A program made the translations under genes and the position numbers. Positions 11,668 to 25,385 of a stretch of 64,000 nucleotides of DNA are shown in pieces (position 1 is the stretch's first letter; every line of letters starts with the position of its first letter). The stretch spans positions 74,710,001 through 74,774,000 of the forward strand of contig NC_043007.1 in assembly GCF_006345805.1 (NCBI RefSeq). The letters run 5' to 3'. Source of the DNA: Octopus sinensis (taxonomy: Eukaryota). The notes under the pieces are model-generated. The model saw only the letters and a program-made list of their open reading frames with translations, had not been told where the DNA came from and searched no databases.

Positions 11668-12175
11668 GAGTGAGAGAGCAGTGCATGCCATCAAAGTGAC
11701 ACTGGGGTAAAATATACGAAGCCCAGTATACCCATCATGACTACCCGTCTGATAAGGGTACATTAGGCACATGCATCACAACCATATGTGTGCAACATGG
11801 TGATCTCATATCAAGATAAACAGCGCATGACCTGGGGCCCAGTTAGAATTTTCTTCTGGTCGGGTAACCCATCCCGCTCAAAAGGTCCCTGAATAAGGGT
11901 TGTTTAAGGATGTTGAACGAAACACCCATGTTTCTAGAGGTGAATTATTCAAACCCCAAAGAATCCCTCTCAGCACATGGCTATGATGCTCCCCCACTAC
12001 TTCTGCTCGTGATCAGAGATGCACATATCGTCAGCCACTAAGGGACATGCTCAACTGGTTAAAGTCAAACAATTGACAAGCAAATCTGTGGTATTGAGCA
12101 GAATATTTGCTGTAGCCCATCTTTTATACCAAGACGGAACAATGTACATAATAACACGTCCAATCAGTTAAGATC
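11668..12175 (-). mobile_element. Retroposon family E with an (AAT)n tail, copy 1
   Basis: About 450 bp homologous to 43633-44087. Both abut ATT/GTT arrays at the same breakpoint GAGTGAGAGAGC. Confidence 0.75.
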
Positions 12176-12194
12176 AGAAACCTGCTACGTATTC

Positions 12195-12615
12195 TGTCGG
12201 CCTCTTTTGCAGAACCACTAAGTTACGGTGATGTAAACGCAACAACGCCGGTTGTCAAGCGGTTGTAGGGGACAAACAGAGACACAAAGACAGACATATA
12301 CATACACGTGTATGCGTGTGTGTATGCATATACATACACACACACATATGTATATACAAATATATACATATATATGCACATATGTATACATATATGTATA
12401 TACATATATATACATATACATATAGATATATACATGTATACATATACACATAGATATATACATGTATACATATACACATATACTTATATATATACATATA
12501 CATACATATACTTATATATATACACACACACACACATATATATATACACACACACACACACATATATATATATACATATATATACATATAAATATATACA
12601 TATTTATATATCTAT

Positions 12616-12646
<31 letters not shown>

Positions 12647-12655
12647 CATATACAT

Positions 12656-12698
<43 letters not shown>

Positions 12699-12792
12699 TA
12701 GATAGATAGATAGATACGACGGACTTCTTTCAGTTTCCGTCTACGAAATCCACGCACAGGACTTTAGCCGGCCCGATGCTATGGTGAAAGAC
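12195..12792 (-). mobile_element. SINE family A with an expanded internal microsatellite
   Basis: Family segments on both sides of a roughly 420-bp TA/CA tract. Confidence 0.75.
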
Positions 12793-13184
12793 ATAGTTAC
12801 TACGCCGGACTAAATGCTCAGCGGCATTTGGTCTGGCTCTTTACGTTCTGAGTTCAAATTCTACTGAGGTCTAGACTTTGTCTTTCGTTCCTTTTTACGG
12901 TCAATAATATATAATAGCAGCTTGATATTGGAAGTTCGTTTCATACACGCGCGTGCGTGCGTGTGTTTGACAACACGTGTTGGTTTGTTCACGTCCCCGT
13001 AATTTAACGGTTCGGCAAAAATAACCGATAGAATAAGTACCAAGCTTTTAAAAATATAAGTACTGGGGTCGATACATTGAACTAAAAATTCTTCAAGGCA
13101 GTGCCCCAGCATGACCACGGTCAAGTGATTGAAGCAAGTAAAAGATAAAAGTTAGAAAATGGAGTGACTGAGTTTCAGTTCATG

Positions 13185-13377
13185 GGTGTAGGAGTGGCTG
13201 TGTGGTAAGTAGCTTGCTTACCAACCACATGGTTCCGAGTTCAGTCCCACTGCGTCGCACTTTGAGCAAGTGTCTTCTACTATAGCCTCGGGCCAAACAA
13301 AGCCTTCTGAGTGGATTTCGTAGACGGAAGCTGAAAAAAGCCCGTCGTATATATGTGTGTGTGTATATATATATATA

Positions 13378-13413
<36 letters not shown>

Positions 13414-13620
13414 TGTGTCTGTGTTTGTCCGCCTAGCATTGCTTGACAAGTGATGGTGGTGTGTTTACGTTCCCGTGACTTAGCGGTTCGGCAAAAGAGA
13501 CTGATAGAATAAGTACTAGGCTTACAAAGAATAAGTCTTGGGGGTCGATTTGCTCGACTTAAGGCGGTGCTCCAGCATGGCCAAAGTCGAATGGCTTAAA
13601 CAAGTAAAAGAGTAAAAGAG
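13185..13620 (+). mobile_element. SINE family A, full length (extra 3' fragments at 12960-13155 and 13835-14010)
   Basis: High similarity to 4315-4761. Confidence 0.85.
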
Positions 13621-15059
13621 TTCAAATCACCAATGATCACAGCAGTCAGCCTTTGCGGAAGAAGAAAAAACTTACAGTTCTCGATAAAGTATTGCTGATC
13701 AGGTGTTCTTAAATCGTATGCCAGCCTTAACTGGGCAAACCCTAGCTAGCTAGGGGATGGAGCGGCCAGTCCCGGGCGACGCTCTGATGGTGGGAACAGC
13801 ACTTTGGGATCTTTTGGGCCCCCCATCACCGATTGACAATCGACGTTGGTGTGTTTACGTCCCCGTGACTTGGCGGTTTGGCAAAAGTGACCGATAAAAT
13901 AAGTACCAGGTTTAAAAAGAAATTAAGTACTGGAGCCGATTCGTTCAACTAAAATTCTTCATGGCGGTACCCCAGCATGGCCGCAGTCTAATGACCGAAA
14001 CAAATAAAAGTAGTTAAATAGAGAATTGCTCGTTGACGATTTTTATGTCATGTAATCTTTTTTTTTTTTCTTATTTTGGTTTTCAGCAGAAAGAAAACCA
14101 ATTCTATTAGAATCTGTTGAAGATATTTAGCAATGGCGTTGAATGCATTAGAAAAAAAAATTCTGAATCGGAAATATTTTAACGTACGCCACATTAGGAG
14201 CATTATTTGTGTTTATAATGGCTGTGGTTAGTTGCAGCAGTAGATACATTTTTATTCGCTATATCTTCATATTAAGGGTCGTAACTGAATGAAGATCCAA
14301 GCTTAAATAATAATTCCATGAGTTGAAGACAATAATATAAAGACTAAAAGACTAAGAATACTGAAAATATTGGCCGATCTAACATTTGATTTAAAAGCTG
14401 TACTACAAAACAGTAAATATACGTGTGTGTTCGCGCGAGTAAATCGATTTCAAATTTTGACAGATTCGGAGGAGAGGTTAGTCGATTGCATTGACCTCAG
14501 TGTTCAATTGGTACTGATTTTATCGACCTCGAAAGGGTGAAAGGTAATGTCGACCTCGGCGGAATTTGAACTCAGAACACAAATGAACTGTCGCTAAGCA
14601 TTTTTTTTCCTACGTGCTAACGATTCTGCCATCTCGCCGCCCTTGAATGAATAAATATTTATGTTGATGTAGCTTTTTTATTTGGCTCCAAAAACTCTTG
14701 ACCGCAGTATCTGTACAAATGCAATATGCTATTTATCCTTTACATGGAGTATTTTTCGCAAAGGAAGAAAGGACACGTAAAAAAAAAACGGACTTAGTAG
14801 TAAAACCCAATGAAATAATAAGCCATCAATAATTTAAAGCTAAATAATTCTTAAACATTTCAAAATAATATACTATTTCTATAAACTGTTTTTTAACGAA
14901 TATAACAAATTTTTATCACTTTTAAATAATTTCCAAGTAATATATTCAGTGTCTTTCTTTAATTTGGTTTAATATGAAAGAATAAATAAATATAATATTT
15001 TACTGTTTTCATTTAACGAAATCATGTGAAGTTTCGGCATTTTTATCAATATAAAAAAA

Positions 15060-16450
15060 AAAAACAACGCGTCTTTCAGAAAACAACCTCAACTTTTCGT
15101 TTAGGCAACTAACAGAGTTCGTTGTTAAAAGGCGACGTGTTGTCTGGAATAATTACAGTTGTTATATTGTCCGTCGAATTCGTGGATAAACTGTGATAAC
15201 AAGTTACACAATTTTTTAATTCACAGATTGCAGCGGATAGAACTGGTAAAGGTGTTAAGAGAGCGTCGTTAAGTTGCAGGGTTTTAATAAAAAAAAAATG
15301 TTACTTAGAAAGGTGAGTGAGGAATCGTGTTGAGGATGGATTTGGTGTTGGAGGGTGATTGAGAGATCGTGCCGAGAATGAATTAGGTGCATGAAGCAGA
15401 TAGAGAGAAGAATGAAAGAAGGAATAAAATATAACTTGGCTCGGTGAGAATAAGAAATCGAGAGATTGCGTTAAGAAATGAGTGAAAGAAAGAGAATGTT
15501 GTAAGTGCTTAAACAGTAGCAACAAAGATAGTAAAAGGATGCGTTGATGATGGGGTATTATATAGTAGAGAGGAGAGAGAGAGAGAGAGAAGGGATGATT
15601 TACTCGTCAGAAGAAATAGGTATTTTAGGAATAAACGAAATGAGTGTTAAAGAAAAGTGAATGGTGTTCACGTAACGGGTGAGGCTAGCAGACTTACTAC
15701 CTACCTACCTATCTGCTAGTCAGTGCATATAATTAGAAATAACCAAGTAAATAACCAAACAAATTTCAAAATATAGAAAAATGAGCCAAATCAGCCTAGC
15801 ACCAAAATAAACCGTTCCCATCTTCTCAAACACCATCACTGACAGAGTCTGCTATGCCACCAAGCAGACGTACTATTTAATCTTTCGTCATTGCTGCTGT
15901 TGCTGCCCCGTTTCCTCGAGCTGTAGCAATAGTGGTAGTAGTAAAAAAAAAACCTGTGCAAGTCTATAAGTAGTCGTTGCCCAGCAGACGACTATAGAGA
16001 AAATATATTTATATATATATATAATACTAGTATTATTATCACGGCCTTAAAAAAAAAACTTTTTCGGATAATACCTGAAAGATTTACTGGCTCTGCCTTC
16101 GAAAGAAGAAGCGTCGTGTACGAGTCCATAATATATATATATATATAAACATGTATATATAGATGGACATACATGTATAAACACTGGCACGGCAATGATT
16201 TGAAGAGAATAGAAGTAAGAAAGTAACGGGAACTTTTGAAGAATCTTTTTATCTTAATCCATCACTAACGACGCGTTTAAACAACACCGTTCTGACTCCT
16301 GCGACTACACACATTGCTACTACCATTTCTACTATTGCCACTACCTGCGTGGAGGTGAAGTACGGAGGCTGTCAGGTTCGGCCTGCTACTAAAAGCAGAG
16401 GAGGAGTGCACTGTTGCTTCACTCTGAGTCGATAAATCTTCATCAACAAC
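15060..16450 (+). promoter_or_regulatory. Putative RyR promoter / 5' UTR region
   Basis: Unique, transposon-free, CpG-retaining sequence directly upstream of the ATG. Strong donor-like site AAAG|GTGAGT at 15309-15318. The TSS cannot be located from sequence alone. Confidence 0.45.
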
Positions 16451-16510
16451 ATGGCGGATTCGGCTGAGCCAGGCGGGGGAGAGCAGGACGACATTTCGTT
16501 TCTTAGAACG
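16451..16510 (+). CDS. RyR: Ryanodine receptor, first coding exon (MADSAEPGGGEQDDISFLRT)
   Basis: Translation matches the RyR N-terminus (Drosophila MAEAEGGSEQDDVSFLRT; human RYR2 MADGGEGEDEIQFLRT). Start context is CAACAAC-ATG-G, with an in-frame upstream stop TAA at 16433-16435. A phase-0 donor ACG|GTAAGA follows FLRT, the position where vertebrate RYR exon 1 ends. Confidence 0.92.
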
Positions 16511-17351
16511 GTAAGATACGACCTCCACTATATTTTAGACCAGTCTCCGCTCTAACAACATCTCTAGACTTCCATTAGATATTTTCACCACTTACCATTC
16601 TTAAAACTATCAAACTCATGTTCTTAATTATTTCCATCACGAAGCTTATTTTCATTGCAGCTTTTTCTATTTTCCTTGACAAGGTTTCGATCTTTGCTAC
16701 TTATAGATTTCCAATATGACTACATAAAACTAAGCGGTGTTTGTTTGGATTTTTTTCCCTTCATGCTGTAAATTTATGTCTATTTAATACCCTTTTTTCC
16801 TCCGTTAATGACACAAAACGCATTTGTCTTTCTTCTACTCTGAATGTCACCCCTTCTCACGTAAGAGGTTATTTTAGGTGCGTTCGCTCTTCTGTTTAGT
16901 AATACAAATAAACAAATGTTTCGTATTATCATTATTATTACTATCATTATTATTATTAATATACCAAACAGTTAATAAAACATACGATCTGAGCATATCA
17001 GTTGTAAGTTTGTATCAGATCACCTTCTGATGTGTGCAGATTATATTTGTGGATATAAATAGTTTTCTTTTCTTTCGTTAAACCTAAGATTCGAACCTAA
17101 TTTGGAAGTCAGCGCTGTCATGTCTGTTCGACCAAATTAACATGTTTGCAAATAAGTGTCACAGCAGATATGCCAACTCGGGTTGTCATACGAAAGAGAA
17201 AATGAAAGTAGCGACTGGTCATAGACAGCTGTCCACTGTCGTGTGCATACACATCTAAAAACTTGACAGAAAGCAACGGTTGCGTGAATGCGAGCTGCTG
17301 CGGCAGAAGCAGATAGATCAAGCAGTCGAGAAAGTTTCACATATCTGTTGA

Positions 17352-17392
<41 letters not shown>

Positions 17393-18417
17393 ACAGTAAC
17401 GATAACAACAGTGACTGCTATAGCAGCAACAGACTGCATGGAAACTTACACTATTCTTCATTCAACATACAAAAAGATGTTTCGAACGAAATCGATTTTA
17501 TTTTATCGTGTTTTCGTTTTTAAATCTATCAAGCAGAGAAAGGGGAAAAAAAAAAAAAAAACATGGACAGACATTTAAAATAATTACGTTTCCAGGCTCC
17601 GAATAATAATAAACACAGCAATAATAAATAGTCTGATCTTTTCTTTCGTTTATATTTTTCTATATGTATACAAGCAGTAGAAGTAAGGTGTTTAATTAAC
17701 ACAAAAGATATATCGCTTTACGGTTTACAAATATTTACATTAAGAATACATTTTACAAATGGTAATATTTATACTGATGTATTTTATGTGTAGCTTATTT
17801 CTTGTTGAAAAACAAATTTCCGTTATTGAAAACGTTTTATTTATTCTTCGCTACACAATTATGTTAAATTGATTTGAGAAAAAAAAATATTGTATCAACA
17901 AAGAGTTTCTGAAATTCATCGCTTCTTTTATTGTCATTTTATTATCATTATAAAAATTAAAGCAGTCACTTTTCTCTCCTCATCACCGCATTTTTTAATT
18001 CTTGGGCCACGCTACATACCACCTAAAAACATTTGTGTGTGTGTGTGTGTGTGTGTGTATACATGTGCATATATATGTGTATATATGTGCGTGTGTGTAT
18101 GTCTGTAAACATATATATACGTGTATATATAAATGTATAGGTATATATGTGTGTATATATATATATGTATACATATGTATGTATGTTTATGTGTGTATGT
18201 TTATGTGTGTATGTTTATGTGTGTATGTTTATGTGTGTATGTTTATGTGTGTATGTTTATGTGTGTATGTATATGTATGTATGTATATGTATGTATGTAT
18301 ATATATGTATGTATAAATATACATATAAATGTATATATATGTATATATATATATACATATAAATGTATATAGATATGTATATATATCTATATATATGTAT
18401 GAATATATAACTATGCA

Positions 18418-18453
<36 letters not shown>

Positions 18454-18536
18454 TGTATATATATGTGTATATATATATATGTATGCATGTATATATACGC
18501 ATATATATATGTATAATTGCATGTATATATTTATGT

Positions 18537-18669
18537 ATATTCTGTTTTGTCAGGGGAGAGTCATTCTCCTTTGGTGCCTTATAATTTAACACACTCACCG
18601 GTAAAATTTCCACTTATTTCTTTTTTATTTTTCTAAAATTTTCGTTGCATCTTGCAACCTTTTCAATAG
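18537..18669 (+). repeat. Solo copy of the 48399 repeat family
   Basis: ATATTCTGTTTTGTCAGGGGAGAGTCATT...CTTTTCAATAGT. Confidence 0.8.
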
Positions 18670-18714
18670 TTGTTGAATCTGTCAGTTAATGTGAATCTCC
18701 ACAGACATAACAGA

Positions 18715-18794
18715 ATATGTATATATAAATGTATGTATTTATATATCTATGTATGTATATATATATATGTGTATATGTATGTATATATATATTG

Positions 18795-18857
<63 letters not shown>

Positions 18858-19244
18858 GCATGTATATATGTATGTGTGTATATATATGTGTATGCATATA
18901 TATATATGTATGTGTGTATATATATGTGTATGCATATATATATATGTATATATATGTATATATATGTATATATAGTATATATATGTATATGTATGTATAT
19001 GAATGTATATATATGTATGTATATGTATGTATATGTATGTATATATATATGTATGTATATTTAAGTATATGTATACGTTTGTATATATCTATATGCATAT
19101 ATATATATATGTATCTATCTCTATATACATATGTTTGTGTGTATATATATGTGTATATATGCGTGTGTATATATGTATATGTTTGTATGTATATATGTGT
19201 ATATATATATGTATGTATATGTATGTATGTTTGTATTATGTATG

Positions 19245-19276
<32 letters not shown>

Positions 19277-20001
19277 TATATGTATGTATATATATGTGTA
19301 TATGTATGTATGTATATATATGTGTATATATATGTATGTATATATATGTGTATATATATGTATGTATATATATGTGTATATATATGTATGTATATATATG
19401 TGTATATATATGTATGTATATATATGTGTATATATATGTATGTATATATATGTGTATATATATGTATGTATATATATGTGTATATATATGTATGTATATA
19501 TATATATATATATATATCTGTATGTATGTATATATGTATATATGTATGTATATATATGTGTATATATAATGTATGTATATATATGTGTTATATATATGTA
19601 TATATATATGTGTATATATATATGTGTATGTATATATGTGTATATATGTATGTATATGTAGTATATATATATATATACATGTATGTATATATATAATATA
19701 TTCTGTATGTATATATATATGTGTATATATAATATATATATATATGTGTATGTATATATATATATCTGTACGTATATATATATATATCTGTATGTATATA
19801 TATATATATATCTGTATGTATGTATATATATATATATCTGTATTATGTATATATATATATCTGTATGTATAGATATATATATATATATCTGTATGTATAT
19901 ATATATATATATTATATATATATATCTGTATGTATGTATATATATATATCTGTATGTATATATATATATATATATCTGTATGTATGTATATATTATATAT
20001 A

Positions 20002-20043
<42 letters not shown>

Positions 20044-20825
20044 GTATGTATGTATATATATATATTAGTATGTATATGTATATATGTGTGTATGTATATC
20101 TGTATGTATGTATATATATATATTAGTATGTATATGTATATATGTGTGTATGTATATCTGTATGTATGTATATATATATTAGTATGTATATGTATGTATG
20201 TATGTGTATGTATATCTGTATGTATGTATATATATATTAGTTTGTATATGTATGTATGTATATGTATGTATGTGTATGTATATCTGTATGTATGTATATA
20301 TATATTAGTATGTATATGTATGTATGTATATGTATGTATGTGTATGTATATATGTATGTATGTATATATATATTAGTATGTGTATGTATATATGTATGTA
20401 TGTATATATATATTAGTATGTATATGTATGTATGTGTATGTATATATATATTTATATGTATATATATATTTGTATGTATGTATATGTATATATATATTTG
20501 TATGTATATGTATGTATATATATATTTGTATGTATATATATGGATATATATGTATGTATGTGTATATATATATATTAGTATGTATATGTATGTCTATATA
20601 TGTGTGTGAATATATATGTATGTATATGTATATATATATATATATATATGTATACACAAATGTGTTACATACACACATGCATGCATGTATGCATGTATGT
20701 ATGTATGTATGTATGTATGTATGTATGTATGTATGTATGTATGTATGTATGTATGTATGTATGTATGTATGTATGTATGTATGTATGTGTGTGTGTATGT
20801 ATGTATGTGCATACGTATGTATGTT
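18715..20825. repeat. About 2.1-kb compound (TA)/(TATG) microsatellite with higher-order units
   Basis: A roughly 26-bp unit is reiterated near 19290-19500, followed by TCTGTATG- and TTAGTATG-tagged variants and a pure (TATG)n tract. Similar arrays at 9817-10200, 18030-18540, 32900-33365, 36320-36880, 48895-49240, 56395-56890 and 61145-61445. Confidence 0.95.
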
Positions 20826-22744
20826 ACTTGATGTTTTAGCCATAAATTTGTTCTGGTCTGACAAAGCAACAGTGTTTTATTGAAAAACATCGGACTTGCC
20901 AATGTTTATAGGACTAGCTAAGAGTACGTTTTCTTATATGTCATCTCTTTTGTTTTTAAGACGATGAGATCTGATTAGAGGGAAATCTGGCTGTTGTTTC
21001 AAGCAGGTCGAGCGTCCACGAAGAGACGTCCTTGTCGGCTGTCTCTTACTTGTGTAACTGAATATAATAATGAACACACACTGTAGAATTCTACACGCTA
21101 ATTTGCAATTTATCTTGGCCAAACCATTTGTGAAGCATCTTAACTCACTTAGAAATAAAATGAAATAAAAGCAGTTAATACATTTTAAGTTAGCATCAAT
21201 TATATTTCGTTGCAGAAATTCATTATCGATAAATTCTACTATTAATTTTGTTTTCTTTGAGAAGAAATATCTTAAACCTATGATTAGAATATTTCGAGAG
21301 ATTTTTATTCTATATAAGTAACTATAATACATTCCTTGCTATTGTTTCTGAACGAGAATTCTTACTTAGCAATCAATGTAAACGAGAAGAATAACAATTT
21401 GACAATAACAATTGTTCCAATGCCATTTGGTGCCAAAAATAGTATTATCTTCATTACTTTCACCTGCATGGAATTTCTGTAATTCAGCTTGGTTAGTGTA
21501 ACAGTTGGTGATTCAAAATTTCGTATCGGAGACGAAGAAAAGGGATATGTTTTAGGTACATTAATCAACATTCTCCTTCCTTTTATTATATTATATTATA
21601 TAATTAAACTTTCAAATTCGTAGAAGCACGTGTGTATGCGGGTGTATGTGTGTGTGTGTGAGCGTTTTACGGTCTCTTAATCAGTAAATGCTGCATTTGC
21701 TGCTAATATTAATTTGTAAATCAGAACACGATTGTCAGAACATATTAAGTATTTCTTGTAATTGTAACCATTCTACTTGAAAAAAAAATATTCTATCACA
21801 AACTCTTGAAAGCTGAATAAAGCTAATAACTTGGTCTACTTCTCACCTTCCCCACTTCATTAAATCCCTCTCCTCGTGTTTTTATTTTTACTGTTGAATT
21901 TTTTCCCCTTTTATTTGGAAATGCTATAGTAATTCTTTCCCTCAATCGATGTTGTCTTGTCTGGCACCAGTATATTTACTGACGTGACTGCTTGAATAAT
22001 TAGCAAATTACTTTCGTCTCTGAGCCATTCTTAACCGAAAATAGCGAATATACATACAAAAATCTTTCTCTCTTACATTAATCTAAAATGTCAGAGTGTG
22101 TTATTTTATTCGGAGAGAACGCCTGATCGTGACGAAGAAAACCTGTGCCACCAATATTCGAAATAAATAGATTCCGTGAACAAAACACTCCTACGTACAA
22201 GTAACGAGTTAGCATTCATTTGACTGTGTATGAAGCTAGTTCAAATGTTACGAAACAAAGAACAGATATTCATGTATTTCTTACCTGTGTAGCTACTTAA
22301 CACTCTTCCCTTGAATGTGCGTCTTAGAATTTTCACAGGTGATACTTTTCGTTAAATAAATGTTTAGCTGGCTATCGACAGACGTAGTATTAATTTGCAT
22401 TGATGTTGTGTAGGAGGACAACATTTCCATTCACATAAACCAACAAAATATACGATTTTCTGTCATACAGTCATACATATTTTCTTCTCACTATCACAAG
22501 ACACTTAAACATTTTGGGAAAATTTTTGATTTGTTCTTTAAAACTGAGCCCTTCGTCCATTTTTTAAAAATCTATTTTTCCTGAGTCCAGACAATCTTTG
22601 TTCACAACTGATTAAAATGTACAGAGGAATTCTAGGATTGAATCTTAGCTTATTATTACCAAATAATTTAATTATTTCTTGTCGATATGCAGTTTATTTT
22701 GCACGACAGTAATAACAATGAGTTTAAATTTTGGCACAACGGTA

Positions 22745-23105
22745 AGGGGGCTAGTCTACTCGATTACATGGACCCTAGAGCTCAACTGGTACTTATTTAA
22801 TCGAACCCGAAAGTATGAAAGGCAAAGTCGACCTCGGTAGAACTTGAACTCAGAACATAAAGACAGACGAAATACCTATTTTTTTACTACCCACAAGGAG
22901 CTAAACACAGAGGGGACAAACAAGGACAGACAAACGGATTAAGTCGATTATATCGACCCCAGTGCGTAACTGGTACTTAATTTATTGACCCCGAAAGGAT
23001 GAAAAGCAAAATCGACCTCGGCGGAATTTGAACTCAGAACGTAGCGGCAGACGAAATATCGTTAAGTATTTCGCCCGGCGTGCTAACGTTTCTGCCAGCT
23101 CCCCC
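22745..23105 (-). mobile_element. SINE family B, dimeric
   Basis: A full unit followed by a second, headless unit starting at TATTTCGTC. Confidence 0.8.
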
Positions 23106-23332
23106 GCTTCATAATAATGATAATAATGAGTTTTAGCATATGTGCATGGACACACATTTTGGAGGACATCGCAGTTGGTCGTATCGATTATATTGATTTC
23201 AGTACTTAATTGGAACTTCGATCATTGCGTGTGTCCAAAACTCACACACACACACACACACACCAATACTCACGCCAATAATAATGTATGTATATGTATG
23301 TATATATATATTTGTATGTATGTATATATATA

Positions 23333-23412
<80 letters not shown>

Positions 23413-23814
23413 ATACACATATACACAAATGTATTACATACACACATGCATGCATGTAGGTATGTGCGTACGTATGTATGTATCTACGTACGTACGTAGG
23501 TATGTTACTTGTTTTAGCCATTCCACGCCAAAAATCAAAGACATTTCAGCTATTACAATACCTTGGGTATTTATCATCATATGAGAGGGTAGAGTAGCGA
23601 AGCATACTTAATTGCTGACAGAGCGACTAGATGGAGGTCCGCTTGTTGGATCATATGAGAGATATTAGGAATATTGGAATGGAAAGAAAGAGATTATGTT
23701 GATGCAGCGATTTAAAATAGTCGTCGTTTTTAATGTTTGTTATCGGTTCGAGTAACATCCATGATACACAAGGAATTATTTAGCTAGGAATATAATAAAT
23801 ATATAATGTCAAAA

Positions 23815-24040
23815 GGCGGCGTGCTGGAAGAAACGTTAGCGCGAAATGTTTAGCGGTATTTCATCTGTCGTTACGTTCTGAGTTCAAATTCCGCCGAGGT
23901 CGACTTTGCCTTTCATCCTTTCGGGATCGATAAATAAAGTACCAGTTTCGCACTGGGGTCGATGTAATCGACTTAATCCCTTTGTCTGTCCTTGTTTGTC
24001 CCCTCTATGTTTAACCCTTTGTGGGCAGTAAAGAAACATA
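23815..24040 (+). mobile_element. SINE family B
   Basis: Full-length match. Confidence 0.85.
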
Positions 24041-24923
24041 TAATAAATATATAATGTCAAAGGTATTATGAGAGTTAGACCGCAAATAAATAAGTCACAA
24101 TGTGTGTGTGTGCGTATGTGTGTGTGTGTGCGTGCGTAATGCACGTATGAGCTTGTATGCATGTATTATACATATAAGTGTGTGTGTATATATATCTTAT
24201 TTAATAAACACAATATATATTTTTATGAGCAACTAATAGCTTCATGCGATGAAAAACGAACTCAGCATTTTATAACACATCTGGTGCCTTCATGCAATTC
24301 TCAGGTTCTGCCTATGGACAGGGCCGTCAATACGTATAAAAGAAATTAATGTTAAACTGAAGAATTACTCAATACTTGTGAACAGAGTATACATTTCTTA
24401 TGCTTTTACAAGAAAAAGGTTGACAGTGACCGCAAAGCGTTGGTCGACTCGCTTTCTTCATACACACATGCATGCATACATACATACATACATACATACA
24501 TACATACACTCACACACATGCACACATGCATGTATACATACATACACTCACACACATGCACACATGCATACATACATACATACATACACACATACATACA
24601 TACATACATACATACATACATACATACATACATACATACATACATACATACATACATACATACATACATACATACATACATACATGCATGCATACATACA
24701 TACATACATACACACACATACATACATACATACATACAAACGAGAGACTGGATAAATTTTTGATGTACTTTAGTCACCATTACACGTATTTCATTTGCTA
24801 ATAGGAGCAACAAAATTGTACACGTAGAAAACATGTAAGATATCTCTTATTAAAAATTCTTCAGGCAGAGAATCAAATAAGAGGACACAGTTTGGATTCT
24901 AACCACACACACACATATATATA

Positions 24924-25135
24924 TTCTTTTATTCTTTTACTTGTTTCATTCATTTGACTGCGACCATGCTGGAGCACTGCATTTTAGTCGAAGAAATCGA
25001 CCCCAGGACTTATTCTTATAAGCTTATTCTATCAAACGCTTTTGCCGAACCGCTACGTTACAGGGATGTAAATACACTAACATCAGTTGTCGAGTGATGG
25101 TGTGGGGAGAGAAACAGAGACACCAAGACACAAAC

Positions 25136-25233
<98 letters not shown>

Positions 25234-25385
25234 CAGGCTTCTATCAGTTTCAGTTTACCAAATCCTCTCACAAGGCTTTGGTCGCCCGAGGCTATAGTAG
25301 AAGACACTTGCCCAAGGTGTCACACAGTGGGACTGAACTCGAAACCATGTGGTTGGGAAGCAAGCTTCTTACTACACAGCCATGG
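24924..25385 (-). mobile_element. SINE family A
   Basis: Reverse-complement match to the family. Confidence 0.85.

Noticed and set aside
16277-16528. 83-aa minus-strand ORF
   Set aside because: Antisense shadow of the GC-rich RyR exon 1 and 5' UTR, with no recognisable homology.
18002-20902. Long ORFs up to 315 aa rich in Y/I/C/V/M/H/T (also near 12.2k, 23-25k, 32.8-33.6k, 36.2-36.9k, 48.7-49.7k, 56.3-56.9k and 61.1-61.6k)
   Set aside because: They are translations of (TA)n/(TG)n/(TATG)n microsatellites, which lack stop codons in several frames.
21480-21560. LVSVTVGDSKFRIGDEEKG, echoing RyR KVRVGDDLILVSV
   Set aside because: The motif order is reversed and the match is short, so it is treated as chance.
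22201-22251. 51-nt imperfect hairpin (18 bp with bulges)
   Set aside because: Too short and lacking a basal stem for a miRNA call; plausible by chance in 64 kb.
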